64,000 bases of DNA from Gammaproteobacteria bacterium (GCA_965221335.1 CBDCSC010000006.1:72199-136198), one strand, 5' to 3'; shown: positions 23,622 to 35,020, numbered from the stretch's first letter. Notes: generated by a model not told the origin, from the letters alone. A program made the numbers and translations.

Positions 23622-24743
23622 ATGAGCATCGATTTTAGCAAACTGGCAACGCCCGGCATTGCCTCCCTGCCGACCTACAAGCCGGGCAAATCCGCAGACG
23701 AAGTCTGCCGCGAGCTTGGCCTTGAACGAGCCATCAAGCTCGCATCCAATGAAAACTCCGTTGGCCCCAGCAGTAAAGTCCTGGAAGCCCTGGCGAGCGG
23801 CTCCCTGACGAATGACAGTTTTTGCCGTTATCCGGATGGTTCCGGCGCCTCGTTGAAACGCGCCCTGGCAGACTTTCACGGTATCGACCCCGAGCGGATA
23901 ACACTGGGCAACGGCTCGAACGATGTGCTGGAACTGGCTGCCCGCAGTATCGTCACCGGCGACCACGAGGTGATCTATTCCGAAAACGCATTCATCGTCT
24001 ACCACCTTGCAACCCATTCAATCGGCGCGACGCCGGTTGTTATCCCCACGCGTGACCATAAGCATGATCTGGCGGCAATGCTGGATGCCATTAGCGCGCG
24101 CACCCGCCTGATCTTCCTCGACAATCCGGGCAATCCAACCGGCTCCTGGATTGATGGGGACCAGTTACGCGCGTTTCTGGCATCCGTGCCGGACGATGTG
24201 ATCGTAGTCGTTGATGAAGCCTATTATGAGTATGCGGAGTCCCTGGGCGCGGGCTACCCGAATTCGATCGCGCTGCAAGCGGATTTTCCCAACCTGGTTA
24301 CCACGCGGACTTTTTCCAAGGCTTACGGCCTGGCCGGGTTACGCGTCGGCTATGCGGTCTGCGACCCGGATCTGGCCGACTTGATGAACCGGGTGCGCCA
24401 GCCGTTTAATGTCAATACACTGGCTTTACTTGCCGCGGAGCTGGCATTGAAGGACCAGGAACATTTGCGCCGCTGCGTGGCCATCAACGACCAGGGTATG
24501 CTGGCCTTGACCACGGCGTTTGCCGACCTGGGACTGGGATGGTTCGATTCGATCGCCAACTTCGTCAGCTTCGACCTGGGAGAGCCTGCCGATGCCGTCT
24601 ACCAGGCGCTGCTGCGGGAAGGCGTGGTAGTCAGGCCGATAATCGAATATGGCTTGCCCAACCATTTGCGGGTGACCATCGGCCAGGAACACGAGAATGC
24701 CGAGTTCATCCGGGCATTGAACAAGGTAGTGAACACAGGGTGA
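23622..24743 (+). CDS. hisC: Histidinol-phosphate aminotransferase
   Basis: KLASNEN, GNGSND, NPGNPTG, RTFSKAYGLAGLRVGY. Confidence 0.93.
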   Translation: MSIDFSKLATPGIASLPTYKPGKSADEVCRELGLERAIKLASNENSVGPSSKVLEALASGSLTNDSFCRYPDGSGASLKRALADFHGIDPERITLGNGSNDVLELAARSIVTGDHEVIYSENAFIVYHLATHSIGATPVVIPTRDHKHDLAAMLDAISARTRLIFLDNPGNPTGSWIDGDQLRAFLASVPDDVIVVVDEAYYEYAESLGAGYPNSIALQADFPNLVTTRTFSKAYGLAGLRVGYAVCDPDLADLMNRVRQPFNVNTLALLAAELALKDQEHLRRCVAINDQGMLALTTAFADLGLGWFDSIANFVSFDLGEPADAVYQALLREGVVVRPIIEYGLPNHLRVTIGQEHENAEFIRALNKVVNTG

Positions 24744-24761
24744 TCTCTGTGTTAGTTCAGC

Positions 24762-25634
24762 ATGTTATTTGAACACATCAGTATAGTTGGCCTGGGACTG
24801 ATAGGCGGTTCGCTGGCGCGGGCCTTGCGGCGAGAGTCCTTGTGTGCGTCAATCACCGGCTACGGGCGGCGCGAAGCGGCCTTGCGCCAGGCGGTCACCG
24901 ATGGTGTCATCGACCGTTACAGCCTGGACCTCCGGGAAGCCGTGGAGGGCGCCGACCTTGTGGTGCTCGCGACACCACTGTCCACCACCGAAACGCTGAT
25001 GCGGGTAATGAGCGACAGCCTGAAACCGGGTTGTATCATTACCGATGTGGGCAGCGCCAAGGGGGTGGTGGTTGCCGCGGCAAGAAATGCGTTGGCTGAC
25101 AGGTTGCCTTTTTTCGTGCCCGCGCATCCTATCGCCGGCACGGAGCAAAGTGGCGTCGAAGCCTCGTTTGCGGAATTGTTCGAGAACCATGTCGTCATCA
25201 TCACGCCGCTTGCCGAGACGGACCGGAACGCCAGCGAAACAATAGCCGGGATGTGGCGCGCGGTGGGCGCGAGGGTTGTTGAACTGGACGTTGAGCGCCA
25301 TGATGAAGTGCTGGCGGCAACCAGCCACCTGCCTCATGTGCTGGTGTACACCTTGATCGACTGTCTTGCCCGGATGCAGGACAAGCAGGAGATATTCGAC
25401 TACGCGGCAGGCGGGTTTGCGGATTTTACCCGTGTCGCCTCCAGCAGCCCCGAAATGTGGCGCGATATATGCCTGGCCAACAGCGCGCCGCTGCTGGCCG
25501 TGTTGGACAGGTTTGAGCAGCGCCTGGACCGCGCCAGGCAGGCGATTGCAGCAGGCGATGGCGCCAGGCTGGAGGAAATCTTTTCCCGCGCCAAGCAAGC
25601 CAGAGATGACTATGCCAGGAACAGGGGATACTGA
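24762..25634 (+). CDS. tyrA: Prephenate/cyclohexadienyl dehydrogenase
   Basis: GLGLIGGSLA, DVGSAK, HPIAGTE, SHLPH. Confidence 0.92.
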   Translation: MLFEHISIVGLGLIGGSLARALRRESLCASITGYGRREAALRQAVTDGVIDRYSLDLREAVEGADLVVLATPLSTTETLMRVMSDSLKPGCIITDVGSAKGVVVAAARNALADRLPFFVPAHPIAGTEQSGVEASFAELFENHVVIITPLAETDRNASETIAGMWRAVGARVVELDVERHDEVLAATSHLPHVLVYTLIDCLARMQDKQEIFDYAAGGFADFTRVASSSPEMWRDICLANSAPLLAVLDRFEQRLDRARQAIAAGDGARLEEIFSRAKQARDDYARNRGY

Positions 25635-25643
25635 CCGCACTCC

Positions 25644-25750
25644 GGGAGTGCGGGCGTCTCGCCCGCAGGCAGGTGGGACTCCTGCGATTTCAGGTTGGCG
25701 CGGAGCTTCACCGGCGCGGCGCCTGGCTGAAACCAGGGCGATGTCCGGGC
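25644..25750. repeat. REP family A, degenerate cluster
   Basis: GGGAGTGCGGGCGTCTCGCCCGCAGGCAGG...CCTGCGAT. Confidence 0.6.
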
Positions 25751-25754
25751 GACT

Positions 25755-27086
25755 GTGACGGACAAGCCCATACAAGCCGGGGTTGATTATCATGTTGTTC
25801 CCGCAACCAGGGGATTACAGGGCAGGGTGCGGGTGCCCGGAGACAAGTCCATTTCGCATCGGGCGGTGATACTCGCAAGCCTGGCCGATGGCGCCAGTGA
25901 ATACAGCGGTTTTCTCAACAGCGCCGATACCCGGGCGACCATGGCCGCGTTCCGGCAAATGGGGGTGGACATGACCCTGGAAGGTGAATGCCTGCGCGTC
26001 AATGGAGTGGGATTGAACGGCTTGCACGCGCCTTCCGGCATCCTGGACCTGGGAAATTCCGGCACTTCCGCACGGTTACTGCTGGGCGTTTTGGCCGGCC
26101 AGCGGTTTTCTTCCACGCTGTCCGGAGACGAATCCCTGCAGCGCAGACCGATGCGGCGCGTGGCTGACCCGCTGATCGCAATGAACGCAGATGTGCAGAC
26201 CACCGCTGAGGGGACACTGCCCGCACAGGTAACGGGCAACAGGCAGTTGCGTGGCATTGACTACGAATTACCCGTTGCCAGCGCACAACTGAAATCGGCG
26301 CTGTTGCTCGCGGCTTTGTACGCGCAGGGTAAAACGGTGATAACGGAACCGGCGCCGACGCGTGATCACACGGAGCGGATGCTGGCCCATTTCGGTTGCC
26401 CGGTTACCCGTTCGGGTGCGCGCATAACAATGCAAGCCACTGGTTTGCGTCCCGGCCGGTTGCGCATTCCGGGCGATATATCCTCGGCTGCGTTCTTCCT
26501 GGTCGCGGGCAGTATCGTTCCGGGGTCAGACCTGGTTATCGAACGCGTCGGGGTCAATCCGACACGCGCTGCCGTGATTGAAATTCTCAAGCGAATGGGC
26601 GCGGACATCAGCGTCTCGAACCGGGTCGAAGACGCCGCAGAGCCGGTGGCGGACCTGCGGGTAATATACCGGCCGTTACGCGGGATACGGATCCCGCGGG
26701 AATTGGTCCCGATTGCCATCGACGAATTTCCGGCGATCATCGCCGCCGCCTGCCATGCGCAAGGTGAAACCGTGCTGGAAGGCGCTGCCGAGTTGCGCGT
26801 GAAGGAGAGCGACCGTATCCTGGCCATGGCCGAAGGGCTGGAACGTATCGGCATCGGGGTTGAGACCCGCGCGGACGGCATGCGCGTCATCGGCGGCCGT
26901 CCCGCAGGGGGTGTGGTGCGCAGCCACGACGACCACCGCATAGCCATGGCATTTTGCGTGGCCGGCCTGGCCGCGGCGGGTCCGATCACCGTGCAGGACT
27001 GCAAAAACGTCGATACGTCCTTCCCCGGGTTTATCGATTGTGCGCGGCAACTGGGCTGTGAAATGCGGAGTGCGAATGCAGCCTGA
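25755..27086 (+). CDS. aroA: EPSP synthase
   Basis: PGDKSISHR, LGNSGT, SAQLKS, RVKESDR, DHRIAM. Confidence 0.96.
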   Translation: MTDKPIQAGVDYHVVPATRGLQGRVRVPGDKSISHRAVILASLADGASEYSGFLNSADTRATMAAFRQMGVDMTLEGECLRVNGVGLNGLHAPSGILDLGNSGTSARLLLGVLAGQRFSSTLSGDESLQRRPMRRVADPLIAMNADVQTTAEGTLPAQVTGNRQLRGIDYELPVASAQLKSALLLAALYAQGKTVITEPAPTRDHTERMLAHFGCPVTRSGARITMQATGLRPGRLRIPGDISSAAFFLVAGSIVPGSDLVIERVGVNPTRAAVIEILKRMGADISVSNRVEDAAEPVADLRVIYRPLRGIRIPRELVPIAIDEFPAIIAAACHAQGETVLEGAAELRVKESDRILAMAEGLERIGIGVETRADGMRVIGGRPAGGVVRSHDDHRIAMAFCVAGLAAAGPITVQDCKNVDTSFPGFIDCARQLGCEMRSANAA

Positions 27087-27783
27087 TGCGCCCGTCATCA
27101 CCGTGGACGGGCCCAGCGGCACCGGCAAGGGTACGTTGTGCGGTCGCATCAGCCGCTGGCTCGGCTGGAACCTGCTGGACAGCGGCGCCCTGTACCGTAT
27201 CCTGGCGCTGTTGGCGCAACGCAGCGGTATTCCCGTTGCCGAGGCTGCGCGGGTGGCTGACCTGGTACGGGATCGGTTGCCTGATGTGCGCTTCCTCAGC
27301 GCCGGGGAGGACGAACCGGTGACGGTGATCTTGGATGGCGCTGACATCGGCCCTGTGATCAGGCAGGAGAATTGCGGCAGCGACGCCTCGACCCTGGCTG
27401 CGCACGGTACCATACGCGAGGCCATACTCGACTGGCAACGGCGCTTCCGGCGCGCCCCGGGTCTGGTAGCGGACGGGCGCGATATGGGCACCGTGGTGTT
27501 CCCGGATGCCGAAATAAAGGTGTTTTTGACCGCAAATCCTCAAGCACGCGCAAAAAGAAGATATAAACAGTTGAGAGAAAAAGGAATTTATGTTAAATTC
27601 AGCGATCTTGTCGGGTCTATTGCCGAACGGGACAGGCGAGATACGGAACGTGTTCTTTCTCCTTTGAGGGCTGCAGACGGCGCTGTCGAGATCGATACCT
27701 CGGCCAGCGGGAGAGACGATGTGTTCGGGCAGGTTGCGGAGATTGTGAGGGAACGTTTCGGTATACCAACCGATCACACATAA
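27076..27783 (+). CDS. cmk: Cytidylate kinase
   Basis: [35 protein letters not shown]. Start trimmed to ATG 27076. Confidence 0.95.
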   Translation: MQPDAPVITVDGPSGTGKGTLCGRISRWLGWNLLDSGALYRILALLAQRSGIPVAEAARVADLVRDRLPDVRFLSAGEDEPVTVILDGADIGPVIRQENCGSDASTLAAHGTIREAILDWQRRFRRAPGLVADGRDMGTVVFPDAEIKVFLTANPQARAKRRYKQLREKGIYVKFSDLVGSIAERDRRDTERVLSPLRAADGAVEIDTSASGRDDVFGQVAEIVRERFGIPTDHT

Positions 27784-27817
27784 CGTAAAACATAATAAAA
27801 GAGAGAAAACTTACTGT

Positions 27818-29500
27818 ATGACTGAAAGTTTTGCTGAATTATTCGAACAGAGCCAAATTGAAGCAAAAATGCAGCTTGGCGCTATTCTTAATGGGGTCGT
27901 CGTTGATGTTTACCAGGACAATGTGATTGTCAGCGCCGGTTTGAAATCTGAATCCTGGATACCCATCGCCCAATTTTATGACGAAAAAGGCGAGTTGGAG
28001 GTTGCCATCGGCGACGAGGTCGAAGTGGCGCTGGACGCGGTGGAAGACGGTTATGGGGAAACCCGTTTATCGCGAGAGAAGGCCAAGCGCTTGCTGGCAT
28101 GGAACAACCTGGAGCAGGCACACGACTCTGAAGAATCGGTGACCGGGGTGATTACCGAGAGGGTGAAAGGCGGTTTTACCGTTGACGTCGAAGGGATCAG
28201 GGCGTTTTTGCCCGGTTCGCTCGTGGATGTCCGTCCGGTCAAGGATACGGTTTACCTGGAAGGCAAACCGCTTGATTTCAAGGTCATTAAAATTGACCGG
28301 AAACGCAGTAATGTGGTGGTGTCCCGCAGGGCCGTGGTGGAAAGTGAAAACATCGCCGAGCGGCAAGTCCTGCTGGAGAAACTGAAGGAAGGTCTGACCG
28401 TAAAAGGCGTGGTCAAGAACCTGACGGATTACGGCGCTTTCCTGGACCTGGGTGGTATCGACGGTTTGTTGCACATTACCGATATGGCCTGGAAACGGGT
28501 GAAAGACCCGTCTGATATTGTCAGTATCGGCGATGAAATCGACGTCAAGGTACTGAAGTTCGACCGCGATCGCAACCGGGTATCCCTGGGTCTCAAGCAG
28601 ATGGGAGATGATCCCTGGGGTGACCTGACCAAGCGTTTCCCCGAAGGGTCACGGTTACGGGGCGCGGTGACCAACCTGGCCGATTACGGCTGTTTCGTTG
28701 AACTGGAAGAAGGTGTTGAAGGACTGGTGCATGTATCGGAAATGGACTGGACAAACAAGAACATCCATCCCTCGAAACTGGTGCAGACCGGCGATGAGGT
28801 TGACGTTGTCGTACTTGATATAGACCAGGAGCGGCGCCGCATTTCACTTGGCATGAAACAATGCCAGCCGAATCCCTGGGAGGAGTTTGCGGCCTTGCAT
28901 AACAAGGGAGACAGGGTTAGCGGCCAGATTAAATCCATCACCGATTTCGGCATATTTATCGGGTTGCCCGGTGGGATAGACGGCCTGGTGCACTTGTCGG
29001 ATGTTTCCTGGGTTGATGAGGGTGATCTGGCCCTGAGAAACTATAAGAAAGGCACTCAGATTGATACGGTCGTACTCGCTGTGGATACCGAAAGAGAGCG
29101 CATTTCCCTGGGGATAAAGCAACTGGAAAAGGATCCGTTCACCGCTTATGTTGCGGAGAATCCCAAGGGCGCGATAGTCAGCGGTAAGGTAACAGTCATT
29201 GAAACCAGGTATATTGTGATGGAACTGGCAGAAGGTGTCGAGGGTCAGTTGAAGGTCTCAGAGTTGTCCGGGGACAGGAAAGGCAGGGACGCCAAGAGCA
29301 GTGGGGTAAAAGAAGGCGATGAAATGGAGGTCAAGATCACTGCCGTTGACAGGAAGAAGCGAACCATCTCCGTTTCCGTGAAGGCAAAGGAATCAGATGA
29401 AGAATCGGCAGCCATCAAGGAATATACGCCTGATACGTCATCCGGAGCGAAATTGGGCGACTTGTTGAAAAAGCACCTGGACGGTGGAGGCAGTGACTGA
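27818..29500 (+). CDS. rpsA: 30S ribosomal protein S1
   Basis: [10 protein letters not shown] start and repeated S1 domains (DYGAF, GLLHITD). Confidence 0.97.
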   Translation: MTESFAELFEQSQIEAKMQLGAILNGVVVDVYQDNVIVSAGLKSESWIPIAQFYDEKGELEVAIGDEVEVALDAVEDGYGETRLSREKAKRLLAWNNLEQAHDSEESVTGVITERVKGGFTVDVEGIRAFLPGSLVDVRPVKDTVYLEGKPLDFKVIKIDRKRSNVVVSRRAVVESENIAERQVLLEKLKEGLTVKGVVKNLTDYGAFLDLGGIDGLLHITDMAWKRVKDPSDIVSIGDEIDVKVLKFDRDRNRVSLGLKQMGDDPWGDLTKRFPEGSRLRGAVTNLADYGCFVELEEGVEGLVHVSEMDWTNKNIHPSKLVQTGDEVDVVVLDIDQERRRISLGMKQCQPNPWEEFAALHNKGDRVSGQIKSITDFGIFIGLPGGIDGLVHLSDVSWVDEGDLALRNYKKGTQIDTVVLAVDTERERISLGIKQLEKDPFTAYVAENPKGAIVSGKVTVIETRYIVMELAEGVEGQLKVSELSGDRKGRDAKSSGVKEGDEMEVKITAVDRKKRTISVSVKAKESDEESAAIKEYTPDTSSGAKLGDLLKKHLDGGGSD

Positions 29501-29529
29501 TATTCGCGCCAATCTGCGGGATTAAAACA

Positions 29530-29811
29530 ATGACCAAATCTGAACTGATTGAGGCTTTGAGCAGGCGCCAGCCCCAGTTTACTTCCAAGGATATCGAGTC
29601 CGCGGTGAAAACGATACTCGAATCCATGGCCCAGAGTCTGGCTAACGGGGAGCGGATTGAAATTCGCGGGTTCGGCAGTTTCTCTCTTCATTATCGGACG
29701 CCGCGGGTAGGCCGCAATCCCAAGTCCGGCGAAGCGGTTTCACTGGCGGCAAAATATGTCCCATATTTCAAACCGGGCAAGCAGATGCGGGAGCGGGTTG
29801 ACCGGCCTTGA
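29530..29811 (+). CDS. ihfB: Integration host factor beta
   Basis: [28 protein letters not shown]. Confidence 0.96.
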   Translation: MTKSELIEALSRRQPQFTSKDIESAVKTILESMAQSLANGERIEIRGFGSFSLHYRTPRVGRNPKSGEAVSLAAKYVPYFKPGKQMRERVDRP

Positions 29812-30098
29812 AGCCCGTTTTTTACGCTAAACTCGCGCTTATCCTGCTTGTCGTCCTGCTTGGACTGGCATTTCATCTCCGCAACGAGCAACTGGTCGTT
29901 GTCGATTTCTATCTTGGCAGTATTGAAACCCCGTTGTCTTTGACGCTCGCCGTTACCCTGCTCGTCGGTGCAATGCTTGGTGTGCTGGCCGGGTTGCCGA
30001 TATGGTTGAGATTGAAACGTGACAAGGCGGGACTCAGCAAGGAACTGAAAAGATTTCAGCAGGACGGGCAGGATAATTCGCCCGATAACACAGATTAA
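29808..30098 (+). CDS. lapA: LPS assembly protein LapA family (DUF1049)
   Basis: Two TM segments flanking N...V.VDFY; canonical position after ihfB. Confidence 0.75.
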   Translation: MKPVFYAKLALILLVVLLGLAFHLRNEQLVVVDFYLGSIETPLSLTLAVTLLVGAMLGVLAGLPIWLRLKRDKAGLSKELKRFQQDGQDNSPDNTD

Positions 30099-30101
30099 CC
30101 C

Positions 30102-30372
30102 TCGCCCCATACCATTCCCGCGTAAACGGGAATCCAGAGGAACAAAGGGTCGCCCTGCGGGCGACACGGTGTTTGACTGGACTCCCGCTTTCGCGGGAGT
30201 GGTTATGGTGGCGGTGCTCACGCAGTTGCCTCCGCTCCCATTCCCGTGTAAACGGGAATCCAGTGAGACAAAGGGTCGCCCTGCGGGCGACACAGTGTTT
30301 GACTGGACTGCTGCTTTCGCAGAAGTGGTTCGGCGGTGTTTCGCGGGAGTGGTTTGGGGGCGGCGCCCATGG
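30102..30372. repeat. REP/REPIN family B (dRS3-like ATTCCCG-N-CGGGAATCCAG module), two tandem modules
   Basis: CATTCCCGCGTAAACGGGAATCCAG, then hairpin GTCGCCCTGCGGGCGAC, then CTGGACTCCCGCTTTCGCGGGAGTGG; the module occurs twice. Confidence 0.85.
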
Positions 30373-30388
30373 GAGTGGTGCGCGTAAT

Positions 30389-33300
30389 ATGCTTGTAAGT
30401 CCCCTGCAGCCTGAGGTTCCTGCGTTAAAAGGACAGAGCGTCAACTGGGAACAGCTTCCCGGGTGCAGCAAGGCGCTGGCCATCGCTTCTGCGGCAACGA
30501 AAATCCCGTCGCTGTTCGTGGTCATCACGGCTGACCAGAACGGCGCCCACCGTCTGCTGGAGGAACTGTCCTTCTTCAGCTCGTCCCGGTCCGGACAGAG
30601 GCTGTTGTTTCCGGATTGGGAGACCCTGCCTTATGACCGGTTTTCCCCTTACCAGGATATCGTCTCCGACCGGCTCGCGACGCTGGTCGCATTGCACAGC
30701 CTGACCGCGGGGATCCTGGTTGTGCCGGTATCCACGCTGATGCATCGCCTGCTGCCCGCGGACTACCTGCTTGCGCACAGCCTGGTATTACGCACAGGGC
30801 AAACCATCGAGCCTGGCGTTTTTCTGCAGGAACTGAATAACAACGGCTATCGCAGGGTATCCCAGGTCATGGAGCATGGCGACGTGGCAGTGCGGGGTTC
30901 GATTATCGATATTTATCCGATGGGTTCTGACATGCCGTTCCGGCTTGACCTGTTTGACAACGAGATCGACAGCATCCGTGTGTTCGATATCGAAACACAG
31001 CGCTCGCAGCAGAAAATGGACGGGATCAAGGTGCTGCCCGCAAGGGAAGTTCCACTGAGTCCTGCGGCTATCGATGTGTTCCGGAGTAACTGGCGTCTGA
31101 AGTTTGCGGGAAATCCCGGCGCCAGCCCGGTTTACACCGATGTCAGCAACGCCATCGCGCCGGCCGGAATCGAGTACTACCTGCCGTTGTTCTATTCCCA
31201 TACAGACAGCCTGAAAGCGTATTTTCCCGAAGACCCGACCGTGATCCTGGACGAAGGCGTGCACGACGCGGCGCTGAAGTTCTGGGACATCGCGCAAAGC
31301 CGCTATGAACAGGGCAGAGACGACCGGGAACATCCGTTGCTTGCGCCGGATGAATTGTTCTACCGGCCGGACGAGATCTTCGAGCTGCTGGAGCCATACC
31401 GCCGTATTTACACCGGCCATACCGGCGAGGGCGAGGGCACGGGCGCGGGGAGGACTGTCCGTTTCTCTGCCGGTCAACCGAAAAAGTATCCCGTTAATGC
31501 GCGTGCCCAGGAGCCGCTGGCTTTATTCAGCCGCTTCATGCAAGACTATACCGGACGGGTGCTGATCGTGGCTGAGTCGCTGGGCCGCAGGGAGATGATC
31601 GTCGAATTGTTCAACAGGGAAAAGACCCGCCCGGCGCTGTGCCGGGACTGGGACGACTTCATCACCGGGGAGACGCGTTTTGGTTTGACCGTGGCGCCGT
31701 TGGAACGGGGCGCGGTGCTGCAACGTCCTGATATTGCCATCTTCAGCGAAACCCAGTTGTTCGGCGAGCGCGCGCAACAGCGCCGTCTGCGCAGGAAACG
31801 CCGGCAACTCACCGATTCCATCGTAAGTAACCTGACCGAGCTGTCCATCGGCGCGCCGGTCGTCCACGAAGAACATGGCGTAGGCCGCTACCAGGGGTTG
31901 CTGACACTGACGGTTAACGACGTGGAAGCTGAATTTATCTGCCTGGAATATGACCAGGGCGACAAGTTGTACGTGCCGGTGACGGCGCTTGACCTGGTCA
32001 GCCGTTTTGTCGGCGTGGATGCCGAACATGCGCCCTTGCACCGTCTTGGCAGTGGTAATTGGCTGAAGGCAAAACGCAAGGCCCTGAAGAGAATTTATGA
32101 TGTGGCTGCGGAATTGCTGGAACTGCACGCGCGCAGGGCCGCGCTGAAAGGTCATGCATTCGGCATCGACGATAATGCTTACCAGGCGTTTTCCCAGGAA
32201 TTTCCGTTTGAGGAAACACCGGGTCAGGCGGAGGCCATTGCCGGTGTGTTGGAGGATATGCGCGCCACGGTCCCGATGGACCGGCTGGTATGCGGTGATT
32301 CCGGATTCGGCAAGACCGAAGTGGCGATGCGCGCCGCGTTTGTAGCCGTGGAAAACCATAAACAGGTGGTGATGCTGGCGCCGACCACGCTGCTCGCGCA
32401 GCAGCACTACCGTAATTTCAGGGATCGCTTTGCAGAGTGGCCCGTGCGCATTGAAGTGCTATCCCGGTTTGTTTCCGCCAAGCGCCAGGCCGGGATTTGT
32501 GAAGACCTGCACAGCGGTAAAATCGATATCATCATCGGTACGCACAAGTTGCTGCAGGACAGTATAGGCTTTGCCAACCTGGGCCTGGTCATCATCGACG
32601 AGGAACACCGTTTCGGTGTCCGGCAAAAGGAAAAACTCAAGTCCTTGCGCGCCCAGGTGGATGTGTTGACGCTGACGGCCACGCCGATCCCGCGCACGCT
32701 CAACCTGGCGTTGTCGGACCTGCGATCCCTGTCCGTGATCGCGACGCCACCGTCAAAAAGGTTGCCAATCAGGATATTTATCAGGGAATGGGATGATGCC
32801 TGGTTGGCGGAAGCGATGTTGCGGGAGATCCGGCGCGGCGGGCAGGTTTATTTTGTGCATAATGAGATCAGCAGCATAGAGAAGATCGCGGCCGAGGTCG
32901 GCAAGCTGGCGCCCGATGCGAGGATCCGTATCGCCCACGGGCAAATGCCGGAAAAGCAACTGGAGCAGGTGATGTTGGATTTCTACCATCTCAGGTTCAA
33001 CATCCTGGTGTGTACGACCATCATTGAGACCGGCATCGATGTGCCCAGCGCCAACACTATCATCATCAACCGTGCAGACAAGTTTGGCCTTGCACAGTTG
33101 TATCAACTGCGCGGCCGGGTCGGGCGCTCCCACCATCGCGCCTATGCCTATTTGGTCAAACCGGACAGGGGCGCCGTCAGCGACAGTGCGGCCAAACGCT
33201 TCGAAGCGATTGAAACGCTGGAGGAGCTGGGTATGGGGTTTACCCTGGCGACCCATGACATGGAGATCCGCGGCGTGGGAGAGATCCTGGGCGAAGAGCA

Positions 33301-33856
33301 GAGTGGCCAGGTCCAGGAGATAGGATTCGGACTGTACATGAACCTGCTGGAACGGGCGGTGGCTTCGCTTAAGACCGGGCGCCAGCCGGAGCTGGATCGC
33401 CCGCTGGATCATGGCACCGAAGTGGACTTGCGCGCGCCTGCGTTGATACCGTCGGATTACCTGCCGGATGTCCATGCAAGACTGGTGATGTACAAGCGCA
33501 TTGCCGGTGCGCGCCAGGCGCGCGCGTTGTGGGACTTGCAGGAGGAGTGCATAGACCGCTTCGGCCTGTTGCCGGATGCGCTGAAAAACCTGTTCCGCAT
33601 TGCGGATATCAAGCAACGCACGCGTCCGATGGGGATACGGAAAATTGAACTGGGAGAGAAGGGGGGCAGAATCCACTTTGATGATAATGCCGATTTCGAC
33701 AGGGTAAAACTCATCAACCTGCTGCAGGCCGCGCCCGCTGAATATAAACTTGATGGCGGCAGCAGGTTGAAAATTAACCGGGAGTTTGCGGATGCCGGGG
33801 AACGTTTCAGTTTTCTCGAAGACTTCCTGGACAAACTGGAAGGGCAGGCGGCCTGA
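30389..33856 (+). CDS. mfd: Transcription-repair coupling factor
   Basis: FPDWETLPYD, CGDSGFGKTEVA, DEEHRFG, TATPIPRTL, QLRGRVGR. Start trimmed to ATG 30389 because the upstream part of the track ORF is REP DNA. Confidence 0.96.
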   Translation: MLVSPLQPEVPALKGQSVNWEQLPGCSKALAIASAATKIPSLFVVITADQNGAHRLLEELSFFSSSRSGQRLLFPDWETLPYDRFSPYQDIVSDRLATLVALHSLTAGILVVPVSTLMHRLLPADYLLAHSLVLRTGQTIEPGVFLQELNNNGYRRVSQVMEHGDVAVRGSIIDIYPMGSDMPFRLDLFDNEIDSIRVFDIETQRSQQKMDGIKVLPAREVPLSPAAIDVFRSNWRLKFAGNPGASPVYTDVSNAIAPAGIEYYLPLFYSHTDSLKAYFPEDPTVILDEGVHDAALKFWDIAQSRYEQGRDDREHPLLAPDELFYRPDEIFELLEPYRRIYTGHTGEGEGTGAGRTVRFSAGQPKKYPVNARAQEPLALFSRFMQDYTGRVLIVAESLGRREMIVELFNREKTRPALCRDWDDFITGETRFGLTVAPLERGAVLQRPDIAIFSETQLFGERAQQRRLRRKRRQLTDSIVSNLTELSIGAPVVHEEHGVGRYQGLLTLTVNDVEAEFICLEYDQGDKLYVPVTALDLVSRFVGVDAEHAPLHRLGSGNWLKAKRKALKRIYDVAAELLELHARRAALKGHAFGIDDNAYQAFSQEFPFEETPGQAEAIAGVLEDMRATVPMDRLVCGDSGFGKTEVAMRAAFVAVENHKQVVMLAPTTLLAQQHYRNFRDRFAEWPVRIEVLSRFVSAKRQAGICEDLHSGKIDIIIGTHKLLQDSIGFANLGLVIIDEEHRFGVRQKEKLKSLRAQVDVLTLTATPIPRTLNLALSDLRSLSVIATPPSKRLPIRIFIREWDDAWLAEAMLREIRRGGQVYFVHNEISSIEKIAAEVGKLAPDARIRIAHGQMPEKQLEQVMLDFYHLRFNILVCTTIIETGIDVPSANTIIINRADKFGLAQLYQLRGRVGRSHHRAYAYLVKPDRGAVSDSAAKRFEAIETLEELGMGFTLATHDMEIRGVGEILGEEQSGQVQEIGFGLYMNLLERAVASLKTGRQPELDRPLDHGTEVDLRAPALIPSDYLPDVHARLVMYKRIAGARQARALWDLQEECIDRFGLLPDALKNLFRIADIKQRTRPMGIRKIELGEKGGRIHFDDNADFDRVKLINLLQAAPAEYKLDGGSRLKINREFADAGERFSFLEDFLDKLEGQAA

Positions 33857-33866
33857 ACAATGGCCT

Positions 33867-34061
33867 GGGATCGCAGGCGTCTCCTCCGCGCTCAAAGGGG
33901 CACAGTACCACTCCCGCGAAAGCGGGAGTCCAGTTGAATACTGTGTCGCCCGAAGGGCGACTCGTTGTCCCACTGGATTCCCGCTTGCGCGGGAATGGGA
34001 TGGGGCTTAGCGCTGGCCTGGGATCGCAGACTTCTCGCCTGCCTGCGGGCGGGACGCCCGT
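33867..34061. repeat. Composite REP cluster: family A - family B module (33905-34007) - family A
   Basis: GGGATCGCAGGCGTC..., CCACTCCCGCGAAAGCGGGAGTCCAG...GTCGCCCGAAGGGCGAC...CTGGATTCCCGCTTGCGCGGGAATGG, GGGATCGCAGAC... Confidence 0.8.
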
Positions 34062-34140
34062 GAGATGATGTTTACTGAACTTGATTCTGTCGGGACATTT
34101 CCGTATGTTGCTGGTGATGCAAAGTAGCGTTGATCTTTCA

Positions 34141-34884
34141 ATGTTTTCATCAGCCGGGCGCAGACTGGCGGCGGTTGCCGGCAGTTTGCTGTTGCTGTTC
34201 AGCGCCCCGGTGTTTGCCGAATGGTACCGGGTGGAAGTGGTGCTGTTCGCATATACGGAACCCGATGCCGGTGGCGAATGGTGGTATGAAAATCCCGGGT
34301 TGCCGGCACGCACGCAAAGCATCGGCTTGATCATGCACGCACCGGACTCCGAAGCCGGCGCGGCGGCTGACCTGCCGCGTGAGCAGGACTTGAAGCCGTA
34401 TCTTGCTCTGCCGAAGCGGGATTACCTGCTTGCGGGTGTCAGCAGGGCGCTGGCGCGATCCGGCGATTACCGTCCGTTGCTGCATATCGCCTGGCAGCAA
34501 CCCGGGCTGGATCGGCGCAATGTACGGGCGGTCCGCCTGGATAACACCCGGTTCCCAACCAAGACCGGAGAACAGACTGAAACGGGAGCGGGTGATCCGA
34601 CTGAAATCCAGGAATACACCCCTCCGGTAAAGGTCTTTGACGGTACCGTCCGGCTGCGCAAGTCGCGTTTCCTGCACATCGACGTGGACTTTGCCTATTT
34701 CCCCGACACGCTGGAGCAGCCTCGCCCGCACCTGCCGGAACCGGCTGGCGGGTACCGGCGCCCGCCGGCGGACTACGTAAGGCTGACCGAGAGCAGGAGG
34801 ATAAAACCGAACGAACTGAATTATTTCGACCATCCCCTGTTCGGGTTGCTCGTCGAGGTCAGGCGGATTGAGATTCAGGAATGA
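34141..34884 (+). CDS. CsiV-family peptidoglycan-binding periplasmic protein
   Basis: Signal peptide, WYRVEVVLF, LLHIAWQQP, GTVRL..SRFLH and SRR....ELNYFDHPLFGLL; typical position after mfd. Start uncertain. Confidence 0.75.
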   Translation: MFSSAGRRLAAVAGSLLLLFSAPVFAEWYRVEVVLFAYTEPDAGGEWWYENPGLPARTQSIGLIMHAPDSEAGAAADLPREQDLKPYLALPKRDYLLAGVSRALARSGDYRPLLHIAWQQPGLDRRNVRAVRLDNTRFPTKTGEQTETGAGDPTEIQEYTPPVKVFDGTVRLRKSRFLHIDVDFAYFPDTLEQPRPHLPEPAGGYRRPPADYVRLTESRRIKPNELNYFDHPLFGLLVEVRRIEIQE

Positions 34885-35020
34885 TCAGAGGTTCCTACGA
34901 TACAAGGATGTATCGTCAAAATCAATGACTATAAGGCATTGATTTTGTGAGGAAAACAAAAATCGCATTTTTGTTTTCCGTACTCTGACAAGTCCAGGAT
35001 GGACTTGTTCAGAGTTTCCC
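34885..35020. mobile_element. Multi-hairpin MITE family M1, copy 2 (reverse orientation, lacks the outer arm)
   Basis: Reverse complement of 14901-15036; fills the whole gap between two convergent stop codons. Confidence 0.8.

Noticed and set aside
30173-30388. N-terminal extension of Mfd in the ORF track
   Set aside because: It is translated REP DNA; ATG 30389 gives a normal-length Mfd.
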